38,053 nt of DNA, taken from Octopus bimaculoides (Eukaryota). Below the pieces are notes generated by a model, which made no database searches, had not been told where the DNA came from, and saw only the letters and a program-made list of their open reading frames with translations. Of the stretch, positions 1 to 9,320 are shown in pieces. Numbering within the stretch: the stretch's first letter is position 1; each line of letters opens with the position of its first letter. A program made the translations under genes and the position numbers. The stretch lies in the NCBI RefSeq assembly GCF_001194135.2, contig NC_068995.1, forward strand, positions 30,105,970 to 30,144,022, in the 5' to 3' direction.

Positions 1-31
1 AACAACAACAACAACAACAACAATAATAATA

Positions 32-82
<51 letters not shown>
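1..82. repeat. (AAC)n/(AAT)n compound microsatellite
   Basis: Direct reading: AAC x7 followed by an AAT run. Confidence 0.97.
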
Positions 83-84
<2 letters not shown>

Positions 85-288
85 CGAAGCGTTGGGTTCA
101 ATCCCATTGAAGCTTCAAGACTTCTTAAGGCAACTGGAAATCCCATGCAAGATTGATGTCTTTCGAAAAACAGCCTTATTAGGCAGAGTGCACATCTTAA
201 GGAAAGTATTATCTGTCTGAGGTCCGTGTTTTGACTTGACAGATGACTAAAGACTCCGGTGCATTTTTACCTACACTGTATTACGAAG

Positions 289-290
<2 letters not shown>
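83..290 (+). mobile_element. R4/Dong-clade non-LTR retrotransposon, 5'-truncated 3' end (family A)
   Basis: 83-220 translates IEALGSIPLKLQDFLRQLEIPCKIDVFRKTALLGRVHILRKVLSV*, typical of the C-terminus after the restriction-like endonuclease (RLE). It is near-identical to about 31225-31428 and is flanked by (AAT)n on both sides. Confidence 0.8.
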
Positions 291-332
<42 letters not shown>

Positions 333-360
333 TTAATAATAATAATAATAATAATAATAA
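291..360. repeat. (AAT)n microsatellite
   Basis: Direct reading. Confidence 0.97.
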
Positions 361-671
361 ATGCCTTGATGCAGTACCAGGCAGTGGCTCTCATGGCTTT
401 TGATCTTAACTGATTGGAAGTGTTATCATGTATGTTGTTTTGTCTTGGTATAAAAGCTGGGCTACAATAAATATTCTGCTCAATACCACAAGTTTGTTTG
501 TCAGTTGTTTGACTTTAACCAGTTGAGCATGTCCTTTGGTGGCTGACGATATGTGCATCTCTGATCATGAGCAGAAGTAGTGGGGGAGCATCATAGCCAT
601 GTGTTGAGAGGAATTCTTTGGGGTTTGAATAATTCACTTCTGGAAACATGGGTGTTTTGTTCATCATCCTG
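361..671. mobile_element. Unclassified non-coding interspersed repeat starting at an (AAT)n tract
   Basis: It begins abruptly after AAT and has no coding motif. I recall it as part of a high-copy octopus repeat whose other end resembles 15702-15918, but that linkage is not demonstrable within this window. Confidence 0.5.
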
Positions 672-1135
672 GGAGACTAGCAAAATCCTCTGGGATTTCC
701 CAATCCAAACCGATCAGTTGCTAGAGCATAACAGACCGGACCTAGTGGTGGTGGACAAGATGCACCACATATGCTATATAGTTGACGCTGTAAGCCCCCT
801 TGACCCATGAATAATCAAGAAGGAAGGTGAACAGATAGATAGATACAACCCTCTTAAGTACAAAATAGCACGGCTATAGAAAATGAGGAATGTTAAAATA
901 GTGCCTATTATTGTTGAGTCCTTGGGAACAGTATCAGAAGGCATCAAGAGGAATATAAAGGAAATTGGAATAGAGTTCCCAGTAGAACGATTACAAAAAG
1001 GTTGCCTCCTTGGCATGGCCACAATAATTAGGAAAGTATTAGATAGCAGAAAAGAACGAATAGCATGGTGCCGTTGGCTGCAGGTAGTTAGCCCGCTACG
1101 CGTGTAAGACTACAGGATCTCCAACAAAACTTGTG
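672..1135 (+). mobile_element. R4/Dong-clade retrotransposon RLE domain and 3' UTR, pseudogenised (family B)
   Basis: Translates KILWDFPIQTDQLLEHNRPDLVVVDK...YIVDAVSPLDP*...VKIVPIIVESLGTVSEGIK..., a PD-(D/E)xK RLE motif with in-frame stops. It ends CAAAACTTGTGAT followed by (AAT)n and is paralogous to 23443-24198. Confidence 0.88.
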
Positions 1136-1167
1136 ATAATAATAACAATAATAATAATAATAATAAT

Positions 1168-1363
1168 CTTTTCTACTATGGACACATAGTAAGTGTGGGG
1201 AGGGGACTAGTCGATTACATCGACCACAGTGTTTCACTGGTACTTAAATTATCGATCCTGAAAAGATGAAAGGGAAAGTCGACCTCGGCAGAATTTGAAC
1301 ACAGAACAAATTACCGCTAAGAATTTCGTCCGGCATGTTAACGATTCTGCCAGCTCGCCGCCT
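1168..1363 (-). mobile_element. tRNA-derived high-copy SINE (octopus OK/OR-like; family name not determined)
   Basis: The reverse complement starts AAGGCGGCGAGCTGGCAGAATCGTTAAC, has a GTTCAAATTC B-box-like motif and a GAGGTCGAC...GATCGATAA...AGTACCAG core, and ends TAGTAGAAAG then (ATT)n. More than ten copies occur in the window. Confidence 0.85.
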
Positions 1364-1374
1364 TAATAATAAGA

Positions 1375-1650
1375 TTCTGATATGCATACAGACAAAAGAT
1401 CTAACAGAAACAAGGGACTTGATTAGATCCGTATCAATTTTAGTTGGTGAACTGGTTGGAAAGAAAGAGGGGGAAGTGGACAGACAGAAGGAGCCATGGT
1501 GGAAACGGAGAACTGAAGGCGATATTCTAACTTTGCGTAAAGATCTGAGCCGCATAGAAGAGTGGTCCAAAGGAAAATGGGAAGACAGAAAAGAAAATGC
1601 AAGGGCGTATCTTGATGCAAAGTACATGATGATGAAAAAGAATATATATA
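1375..1650 (+). mobile_element. R4/Dong-clade ORF N-terminal (pre-RT) fragment
   Basis: KEPWWKRRTEGDILTLRKDLSRIEEW resembles the PPWKRRL..I..LR.DIS.L motif upstream of the RT in R4/Dong ORFs. It ends in (GAT)n. Confidence 0.6.
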
Positions 1651-2489
1651 CCATACATGATGATGATGATGATGATGATGATGATGTAAAATAAGATCAT
1701 TTGAAAAAGGAAATTATTTGCTTATAAAAACATTACTTTTGTATTAAACATTACCTCTTTGTTCGGATCCAACATCACATACTTCATTATTTTGTGTGTN
1801 NNNNNNNNNNNNNNNNNNNNNNNNNNNNNNNNNNNNNNNNNNNNNNNNNNNNNNNNNNNNNNNNNNNNNNNNNATATATATATATATAACTAATTTAGAA
1901 ACGAACCACCATTCCGCAACTCAGTCAACGAGGAACCCGTCCAAAACCATGCTGTGAGACATATACCATACAAAATACTAATCTAGAATTTTAATAATAT
2001 ATAATATTGAACAGTAAGATTATTACAATCATATAATATATAAGAGCAAATACTTTTAAAATCACAGCGAATACCATACAAAGACACTTTCACCATAAAA
2101 GTATTAATCTAAAAATCAAATAAAGTATAAATTGAACAATAAAAATTAATACAATAATATAATGTATAAAAGTGAGTATTTGTACATCGACTACTATTTG
2201 AATATTTTTAGCTCGTAACTTTTAATGATAATATTAATGTCTTTAACTTAGAGATTACATTACAGGTTTTGTCTCTTTATATATAATTTTTATTCCTTAT
2301 CATATCATGAGGTAAGTTAAACTTTTAGATTTTAGAATTTTTTTAGGAATTTGACCTGAGGAGTGACTGCTTTTGGGAGTAAAATCATTTTCCCGTTCTA
2401 ATGAACTTGGATATGGTTTCCTTATATGATTTTATATAGTCCTAATTCAGCCATGAAACGCGCGTAGTTGATGTACAAGTATACCTGAC

Positions 2490-2761
2490 ATGAAGACAAA
2501 CACAAGCACACAAGAGCCCCAAATTTCCCCACCCTCGCCCTTAGAAAAACATGTTACATGGTACAGTGGAGAAAATGAAGAACTGTATACCGAAATAGAC
2601 TCGTGGGACAGTGTTATAAAAGTGAATATATCAGGGTGCCCGAGCACATTCGTTGTGTGGTGGTAGACCCAGAATATATGTAGAGATTGAAGGACTATGA
2701 GGAAAACCAGGACTATGAGTGGTGGGTCAAGAAATTGGACACCAACTCAATGCCTGAACAA
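2490..2761 (+). pseudogene. Unidentified degenerate coding-like segment
   Basis: MKTNTSTQEPQISPPSPLEKHVTWYSGENEELYTEIDSWDSVIKVNI continues in a shifted frame as RVPEHIRCVVVDPEYM*RLKDYEENQDYEWWVKKLDTNSMPEQ, ending at a CAA|GTAAGT donor-like site. No family recognised. Confidence 0.25.
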
Positions 2762-2889
2762 GTAAGTTTTTATGATAATTTAAACAAGCATAAGGTAAAC
2801 ATCCTTTGAAAGAATGACAATTAGCTGTCGCTAATAATGGTATTGTAAACTAGTTTTGAAACAAAAGTTTATTAACAGGTTGTATTAAC

Positions 2890-3047
2890 AGGTTCAGTGA
2901 TGTCGCTCGGAGGTGGGGATGAACGGCTTCATTTCATTTTTCATTATATTTAATTTGTCCTTCCCATTCGTTTTGTTTTTTGTCCCCACCTTGTGCTGCC
3001 CCCTCTAATGTAAGGCTGTAATAGCCAATATCATAAAATAAAGAAGC
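2890..3047 (+). mobile_element. L1/Tx1-clade LINE 3' UTR ending in AATAAAGAAGC
   Basis: T-rich UTR with TGTAAGGC...AATAAA terminus, similar to the Tx1-like 3' ends at 15919-16000 (-) and 23200-23278 (+). Confidence 0.55.
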
Positions 3048-4005
3048 TTGCTTCCGGTTTGTTGATTGCTGTTGAACTGCTGTCTTTGTGTGGAACACGT
3101 GTGTTTGGCCGTCTTGCAGCGGTGGTGTTTGACGTCTCCCCTTTTGTTTGATGGGGGAACGTCGTAGGTGCGTAATGGAATACGAAGGTTTGAGTTCTTC
3201 TTCAGACTTTACGTCATCTGAGGAAGAGTTGGTTAAATGTCTGAAGAGAATAGACGAAGTAATGGAGGGGAAGAATTACGCAGAGGCGGTGAAAGAGAAA
3301 CGCGAGGACGTGTGTCTGGAGGAGTTGTAGATTCAAACAAATGATTAAAAGGGAGGGGAAGGAAGTGAAAGTGTTTCCCCAAAGAAGCTTTAAAAGAAAA
3401 AATGAAAAAGCTATTACTTACAGGACGTACTCAGCAGCAACCAGGAAAATTGAAACTATGTCGACAGCTCAAGTTGAAAAGGCATTAAAACCAATCTGGC
3501 AAGGGATTTCCTATCTTGCCAGAGCAAGAAAGTTTGGAACGATAGAGGTACAGTTCCGAGAGGTAGCTACTGCTAGGCTGTACTCGGCAACACCCTTAAA
3601 AACGGATGAAGTGGTGCTTCTACCCATATACCTTGGAAGACGTGCTTCCAGGATTAGAGTAGAAGATATGCCACCAGAAATTGATGTAGCCTGGCTGGTA
3701 GCTGCCATACTGCTGGGCATAGAGGAGAGAGTAGTGGTCCTCCAGGCCACCAGAACACCCAACAGGAACTGGTAAGGGCAGAGCCTAGACATGATAGTAC
3801 AGGTGGCCCCAGAAGACATCGAAAACATGGTGGAGACCATCACGGTCGGAGAAGTAACACTTACAGTTAGAGTGGAAGGAAGGATCCCGCGATGTTATAA
3901 ATGTGGCCTGAAAGCCACATTAGAGCGGACTGTCCTCCGCCACCCGTGAAGACTAAAGAGAAACCCGAGAGCAGGAAGGAAATCGAGACTTCACCACCAA
4001 AATTG
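3048..4005 (+). mobile_element. L1/Tx1-clade LINE 5' UTR and ORF1 (gag-like), disrupted
   Basis: ATG at 3151, with a frameshift near 3330 and a stop at 3773-3775. It continues VTLTVRVEGRIPRCYKCGLK and, after a 1-nt frameshift, HIRADCP, giving a C-x2-C-x4-H-x4-C zinc knuckle typical of LINE ORF1. Confidence 0.75.
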
Positions 4006-4075
4006 TTCTGAAAGAGTTATGTCGTGAATATAATTACCTTGTTGAAATTTTAACATGGATATTTGTTTCACAAAA

Positions 4076-4258
4076 TATTGTGTTGGTGCATAATTATCGC
4101 GGCTTTTTTTCAACAAATTTTATTCAACAAAAACAATAACAATATTTAACAAAAACATCTTTAAATGACGGTCAGACTGTCTGCCAACCAAATGGGAAGC
4201 AGCAATTGAAGTAGATGGTGAATATGCTCCGGAATAATCATTTAAAGATGTTTATAAC
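4076..4258. mobile_element. mariner transposon relic (TIR plus transposase C-terminus)
   Basis: TATTGTGTTGGTGCATAATTATCGCGG resembles mariner TIRs (TTAGGTTGGTGCAAAAGTAATTGCGG type). 4175-4237 encodes DCLPTKWEAAIEVDGEYAPE*, matching the mariner C-terminal LP.RW..CI...GEY motif. Confidence 0.75.
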
Positions 4259-4282
4259 TGCTCTCCTCCACCTCTCTCGCCA

Positions 4283-4490
4283 TGTATGTGTGTGTGTGTA
4301 TGTGTGTGTGTATTTATATATACACACATGTGTATGTATGTATATATGCATATATATGTATGCATGTATGCATATATATGTGTGTGTGTATGTGTATAAG
4401 TATATATGCGTAAGTATGTATAGTTATGTATTTATTTATCTCTCTCTCTTTCTCTTTCTCTTTCTCGTTATATATATATACATCTCACAG
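4283..4490. repeat. Compound TG/TA/TATG/TC microsatellite
   Basis: Direct reading. Confidence 0.9.
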
Positions 4491-4784
4491 ATATGAGCAT
4501 GTGAGCGTGAGTAATGTGACTGTGAATGATTTTCTATCTGTACTTGCACGTGCCGATTTATGCCTGTGTTTCATATGTTCACCAGTAGAAAATGAGGTTT
4601 CTTGCAGCGATTCAGTAATTACAATTCATAAAAGCTTGTATGCAATACGAACAGCGTGTTGGAATTCCACTAAAGTACACGTTACTGTGAAATTCACTCA
4701 TACAAATTTCTTACACCTGTATTTATGTGACTGCGTGTCAATTATGCGTGTTGTATTAAGTAATATGTATGTATGTGATTACAA

Positions 4785-4892
4785 AGTGGTGGCGGAGGCG
4801 GCGGCGGCGACGGTGGTGGTGGTGGCGGTGGTGGTGGCAGTGGTGATGGTGGTGGTAGTGGCGGTGGTAGTAGCAACAGCAGCAGCAGCAAC
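4785..4892. repeat. GC-rich compound triplet repeat (GGC/GGT/AGC)
   Basis: Direct reading. It accounts for the poly-V, poly-P and poly-T ORFs in the track. Confidence 0.9.
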
Positions 4893-6832
4893 AAATTCGG
4901 TGTGCAGACGTGATACCCTGCTACGAATATTTGTGGCAAAGGGATCATAAGTTTGTCTCCCGCTGCAGGCATTGCGCGTGAATAAAGCAACAATGAAAAA
5001 GAGTATTTCAACAATGTTAATATTATATCTACATGCAACAAACACAGTAAAGTCAGAGGTAAATAAGCACCCGACGAAGGAGTTTATGAACCGGTTTCAT
5101 TTATAAGGTGACACGCTTAATGCCTCTAAGAAAGGCATAAATATATCACATGCTTTCGTCCACCCACCTCCATATAAATATGTGACGTAAGCAGTTTTAT
5201 ATAATTTTGAAAGTGTTATATAATAGACCTTAGTGGAACATATAATAGACCTTGGTGGCATAGAACTTGGATGTGAATCATAGGCGTTTACGTAAGAGGA
5301 GGAAATATTTTCGTTGGAACAAACAGGAAAACTTTGTCCACCAGTTGTATATCTTATGCGAGTCAGTTTGAAATAAGAGTTGAACTTAACTTTCCAAGAT
5401 ACTGTAACATTGATTAATTGTCAAACGATTATTCAGCTTAGAGAGGTGAATAATGCCTAGCTATTCGTTACACAGTTGACTCAAGGACCAGTGCTTTCAA
5501 AGCAGAAAAAAAAGGCGAAAAAAGAATCTTTTCTGAATTTCGAAGAATGACTAAAAATGGTGACGAGGTAAGTTTTCCAGCAATTCAAGTAAATAGCATC
5601 AAGAAATAAAGTTTAAGCTGTGTTTATCGTTTCATCAAAAATTTACTTTCATTAAATTTTATAAGATGGCAATCAAACTTTATCTTTTTTTTTTTCACTT
5701 TTCAATATACCTGTTGATATACAAGCTACGTTCTCAGCCTTATTTTAATTACTTCCAGAAAATATATCAATTCTCTTGGAAATGTATATTCAGCTAAGAT
5801 ATTTTTATATCTGTTATATTTTTTCTTAGTTGGAGTGCTTTATTATTCATTTTTTCTTGGTATACCAATTGAAAATTTCTCAAGTGAAAAGGAATTATTT
5901 TCGAAATGGCGTTTAAAACATCGTTCACTTTTCTTGACATTTTAAATTAATTAATCTTTCTTTCCTTTTTATTGCTTTTCTGTCGTTGTTCCCCATTTCT
6001 CTTTATTTTTTTCTAAGTTGTCGAAACTTATTTCACTAATTCCTTGTTCTAGAATATAAGCAAAGAAACCCGAGTCTTAAAATGGAGTATAATGCTAAGT
6101 AAGCCCTAAAACGATATAATAAATTGATGCTGTTGATATATATGTGTGAATGTTCGACGCAAAAGGAACCAGTTTACATTTCCCAGAAGCCATTGCAAAC
6201 AGCCTTCAGAGAATTAATTAATTTATTTGGTTATTGTGTATGTTCATTTCCCACTAAACCGGGTGCTGATTACACAGCGTTTACGCTAAGCTGGGTGCCG
6301 ATTACAACAAATACTTTTTCAGGAGCTTTTAAAGGCAGCAGTTTTTTTTAACAATGGAGGTGAATGAGAACATAGAAGGCAGGGGTAAAACGGAAATATG
6401 GAATGAAAGGAAATGAGAAATGAAAATAATGGCAGAAAATTCTCCATTTCTTTTCTTTTCTTTTTTGCGGAAATAAAAGCGAAACAAGCAGATAAAAATA
6501 GAAACGAAGTATTATCTAAAATGGAAATATCCACATACATGAGTAACCATATTAAGATAAGAATATAAAGATGTTGTTATGTTTCGGGATGGTCATTGTT
6601 CTTTCTTGCCAATATAAAGATGAAGAATAGCAAAACTCTTAATGCAACGCTTTATTGTTTTAAGCTTATCTTAATAAACGTTCTCATCGTCTGCAAAATA
6701 GCTTTATTGGATATGCGACTCTAATGAAGTAAAATGATGATCATTATTATTCTATGGCCGTTATACTAAATACATTTATCCATAGGTATACAATTCACTG
6801 ATATATATTTTTGTTAATATAGAGAAGCATAT

Positions 6833-7231
6833 AAGGCAGCGAGCTAGCAGAATCGTTAGCACGACGGGCGAAATGCTTAACGGTAGTTAGTCTGTCTTTA
6901 TGTTCTGAGTTCAAATTCCGCCGAGGTCGACTTTGCCTTTCATCCTTCCGGGGGTCGATAAATTAAGTACCAGTTGCGTAATCTAATCGACTTGCTCCGT
7001 CCCCCAAAATTTCGGTCCTTGTGCCTAGAGTAGAAAAGAATCGTTAGCACGCCGGGCAGAATGCTTAGCGGTATTTCGTCCGTCTTTATGTCCTGCGTTC
7101 AAATTCCGTCGAGGTCGGAATTCCATCCTTTCGGGCTCGGTAAAATAAGTACCTATTGAATACTGGGGTCGATGTAATCGACTATGCCCTTTCCCTGAAC
7201 TTGCTGGCCTTGTGCAAAAATTTGAAATCAA
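6833..7231 (+). mobile_element. Head-to-tail dimer of the OK/OR-like SINE
   Basis: Copy 1 spans 6833-7038. Copy 2 spans about 7037-7231 and starts at GAATCGTTAGCAC, lacking the first ~15 nt. Confidence 0.85.
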
Positions 7232-7616
7232 TATGTAGAAACACTTATTTAACATTTTAACTTGGTTGCTTTTATAATCGCGGACGTCGTATCATGTCAA
7301 AGACCAAAATGCGTTGACATTTTATTAAATTTGGCAGAGTCATCAGCCCATTGGACGAAATGCCTTGCGATATCTATTCCGGTGTCTTACGTTCAGATCT
7401 CGCCTCAGCTTACATGAGTAGTAGACTTAATCCATCTTCTAGTTTAACACCACTATCTGGTACTTAGGTGCCCTCAATTTAGTCAACTCAGTTGAAAATA
7501 TTTGGGCTGAGGTGACCCTTTCTTTTCCTCTTCCATCATCGGAGAGCCCGTGAAGGGTCATGGGGTTCCAGTATACTAAGCATGACCTCTTTGGAGACAA
7601 AGAGTTATTAACTTAC

Positions 7617-7764
7617 TCCGTCTCCTTTACAAAAGTTCTTCTGATTTCTTTGTCCCTGATAGAGAAAGTGTTTCATGAAATATTTATGTTTCCTCTTCAA
7701 GATGGTGCGGTGAGACTTGGATGACATCTCTCGGAAGAAACGTCGGCAAATCACACTACACCAG
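7617..7764 (-). other. Candidate internal coding exon (unverified)
   Basis: TTTTCAAG| acceptor and GGA|GTAAGT donor enclose 148 nt that are open in one frame: WCSVICRRFFREMSSKSHRTILKRKHKYFMKHFLYQGQRNQKNFCKGDG. No family recognised, and it could be chance or repeat-derived. Confidence 0.22.
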
Positions 7765-8293
7765 CTTGAAAATTCAAACGAAAGATGCAATTGATGTTGT
7801 AGTTTAGATACACTATATCATAAAAGCGGGGAATAAGTTCAGGTTTCGAACACCTTGGGTCGTAAGTCTACTCAACCAGAGTTGCGCAGGGGCAAAATAG
7901 TGAATTCGAACTCAGAATGCCATAACGAAACCATTTAGCACAACATTAATTCAAAAATAAATAAATTAATAAATGAAAGGAAATAAATAAAATACAAACT
8001 TGAAATTGAAAAACGCATTTTTTTTTTTTGTTTATCTAGGTCAGTGTGATTTATAAGTGATATATTAGACTTTCTACACTACGTCGTTAATTTGCAACGA
8101 GAAAACGTCTGCTGCGTATGCGCGCAACTGTATGTGTGCGCACGCGTCTGTGTGTATGTTTCTTTTATTATGTGTTTATTGAAATCGTTTTGTTCCTTCT
8201 GTTTTGCATTTTGTGCTTCCTCTTGCGAAAAGGTTTATCATAAATTAAAAATTAAGTAACTTACGTAAAATTATATCTATCTATCAGTATATA

Positions 8294-8331
<38 letters not shown>

Positions 8332-8455
8332 AAACTTTACGTAAATTACTTAGTATTTAATTCAATGTGTGTGTGTGCTCACATCCATATACTCACATAT
8401 ATGCATACATGTGTAATCATTCACACACACACTACTGTGTGTGAATAATATTCTT

Positions 8456-9050
8456 AAGGTCAACATTCACTCACTTACGACCACTTCTAGGCTTTGTCAC
8501 TAACTAGGTTTTTAACCAAATTAGATTATGTTTACATTTTTAGATTGCTCACATCATAAGCTACATTTCGACCTAAAACAAATTTGAAAATTGGTTCAGT
8601 AGAAAAAAAAAACAGTTTGAGTCAAATGTGTGAGGTCACAAACGGGGGAATAACGCCTGAAATTGACTTTGAGTCCAAATATTTTTTTTGTTTTAAATAA
8701 ATCTATATTTTATTTTATCTTGTATGATAGATCTCGACGACAGGGATTTATCCATGTTAGTCATATGCAAAAATATTCAGTAGAAAAAGTACTGAGGTAA
8801 AAAACCGGTGAAAAAAAAATATATATTTAGATTTAACTTTTCTGATAGATCTCGACTACAGGAGTCCCATGATGCTAATTACATAAAAATAAAATAAAAT
8901 AATAAATTATTTGGGCTAAATGTGCCGAAAACCTAAATATTTTGGTTTTGTGTAAAAATCTTGTTTTTGTTTAACTCATATGATAGGACTCATCAAGACG
9001 AGTGTCGTGGTGCTAATCTTTTCAAGAAAATATTCAAAATGAAAAGTTAT
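8456..9050. mobile_element. Putative non-autonomous DNA transposon with internal subrepeats; diverged second copy of its first ~210 bp at 9410-9620
   Basis: 8456-8672 and 9410-9620 align (AAGGTSAACATT...TTGGTTCAGTAGAAAAAA...ATAACGCCTGAAAT). TGATAG(ATCTCGAC)-like motifs recur at 8725, 8843 and 8981. Confidence 0.45.
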
Positions 9051-9120
9051 TATATAAGTTAAATGTGCCAAAAGTATGTAAAACAATTTTCAAAGAATAT
9101 AATTATTTATTTACAGGACT

Positions 9121-9320
9121 AAGACGACGAGCTGGCGGAGTTGTTAACACAGAAGGTGAAAGCTTCTTAGCATTTTACCTGTCTCTACATTCTGAGTTCG
9201 AATTCCGTCAAGGTTGCTTTTACATTTTATCTTTTCCGATAAAATGAGTATCAGCTGCGCACTGAGGTCGGTGTAATGAACTTGCTTCCCCTCCGGATCT
9301 GCCAAAATTGGAAATTAATA
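9121..9320 (+). mobile_element. Diverged OK/OR-like SINE
   Basis: AAGACGACGAGCTGGC head, GAGTTCGAATTC B-box and CGATAAAATGAGTATCAG core. Confidence 0.75.

Noticed and set aside
361-430. HDV-like ribozyme at the start of the AAT-flanked repeat
   Set aside because: Only a short TGCCTTG/CCAGGCA hairpin; the 9-nt interval is too short for the nested P2/P3 pseudoknot.
5219-5262. 23-bp tandem duplication (also a ~41-bp duplication at 31531-31600)
   Set aside because: Ordinary two-copy slippage duplications with no further structure.
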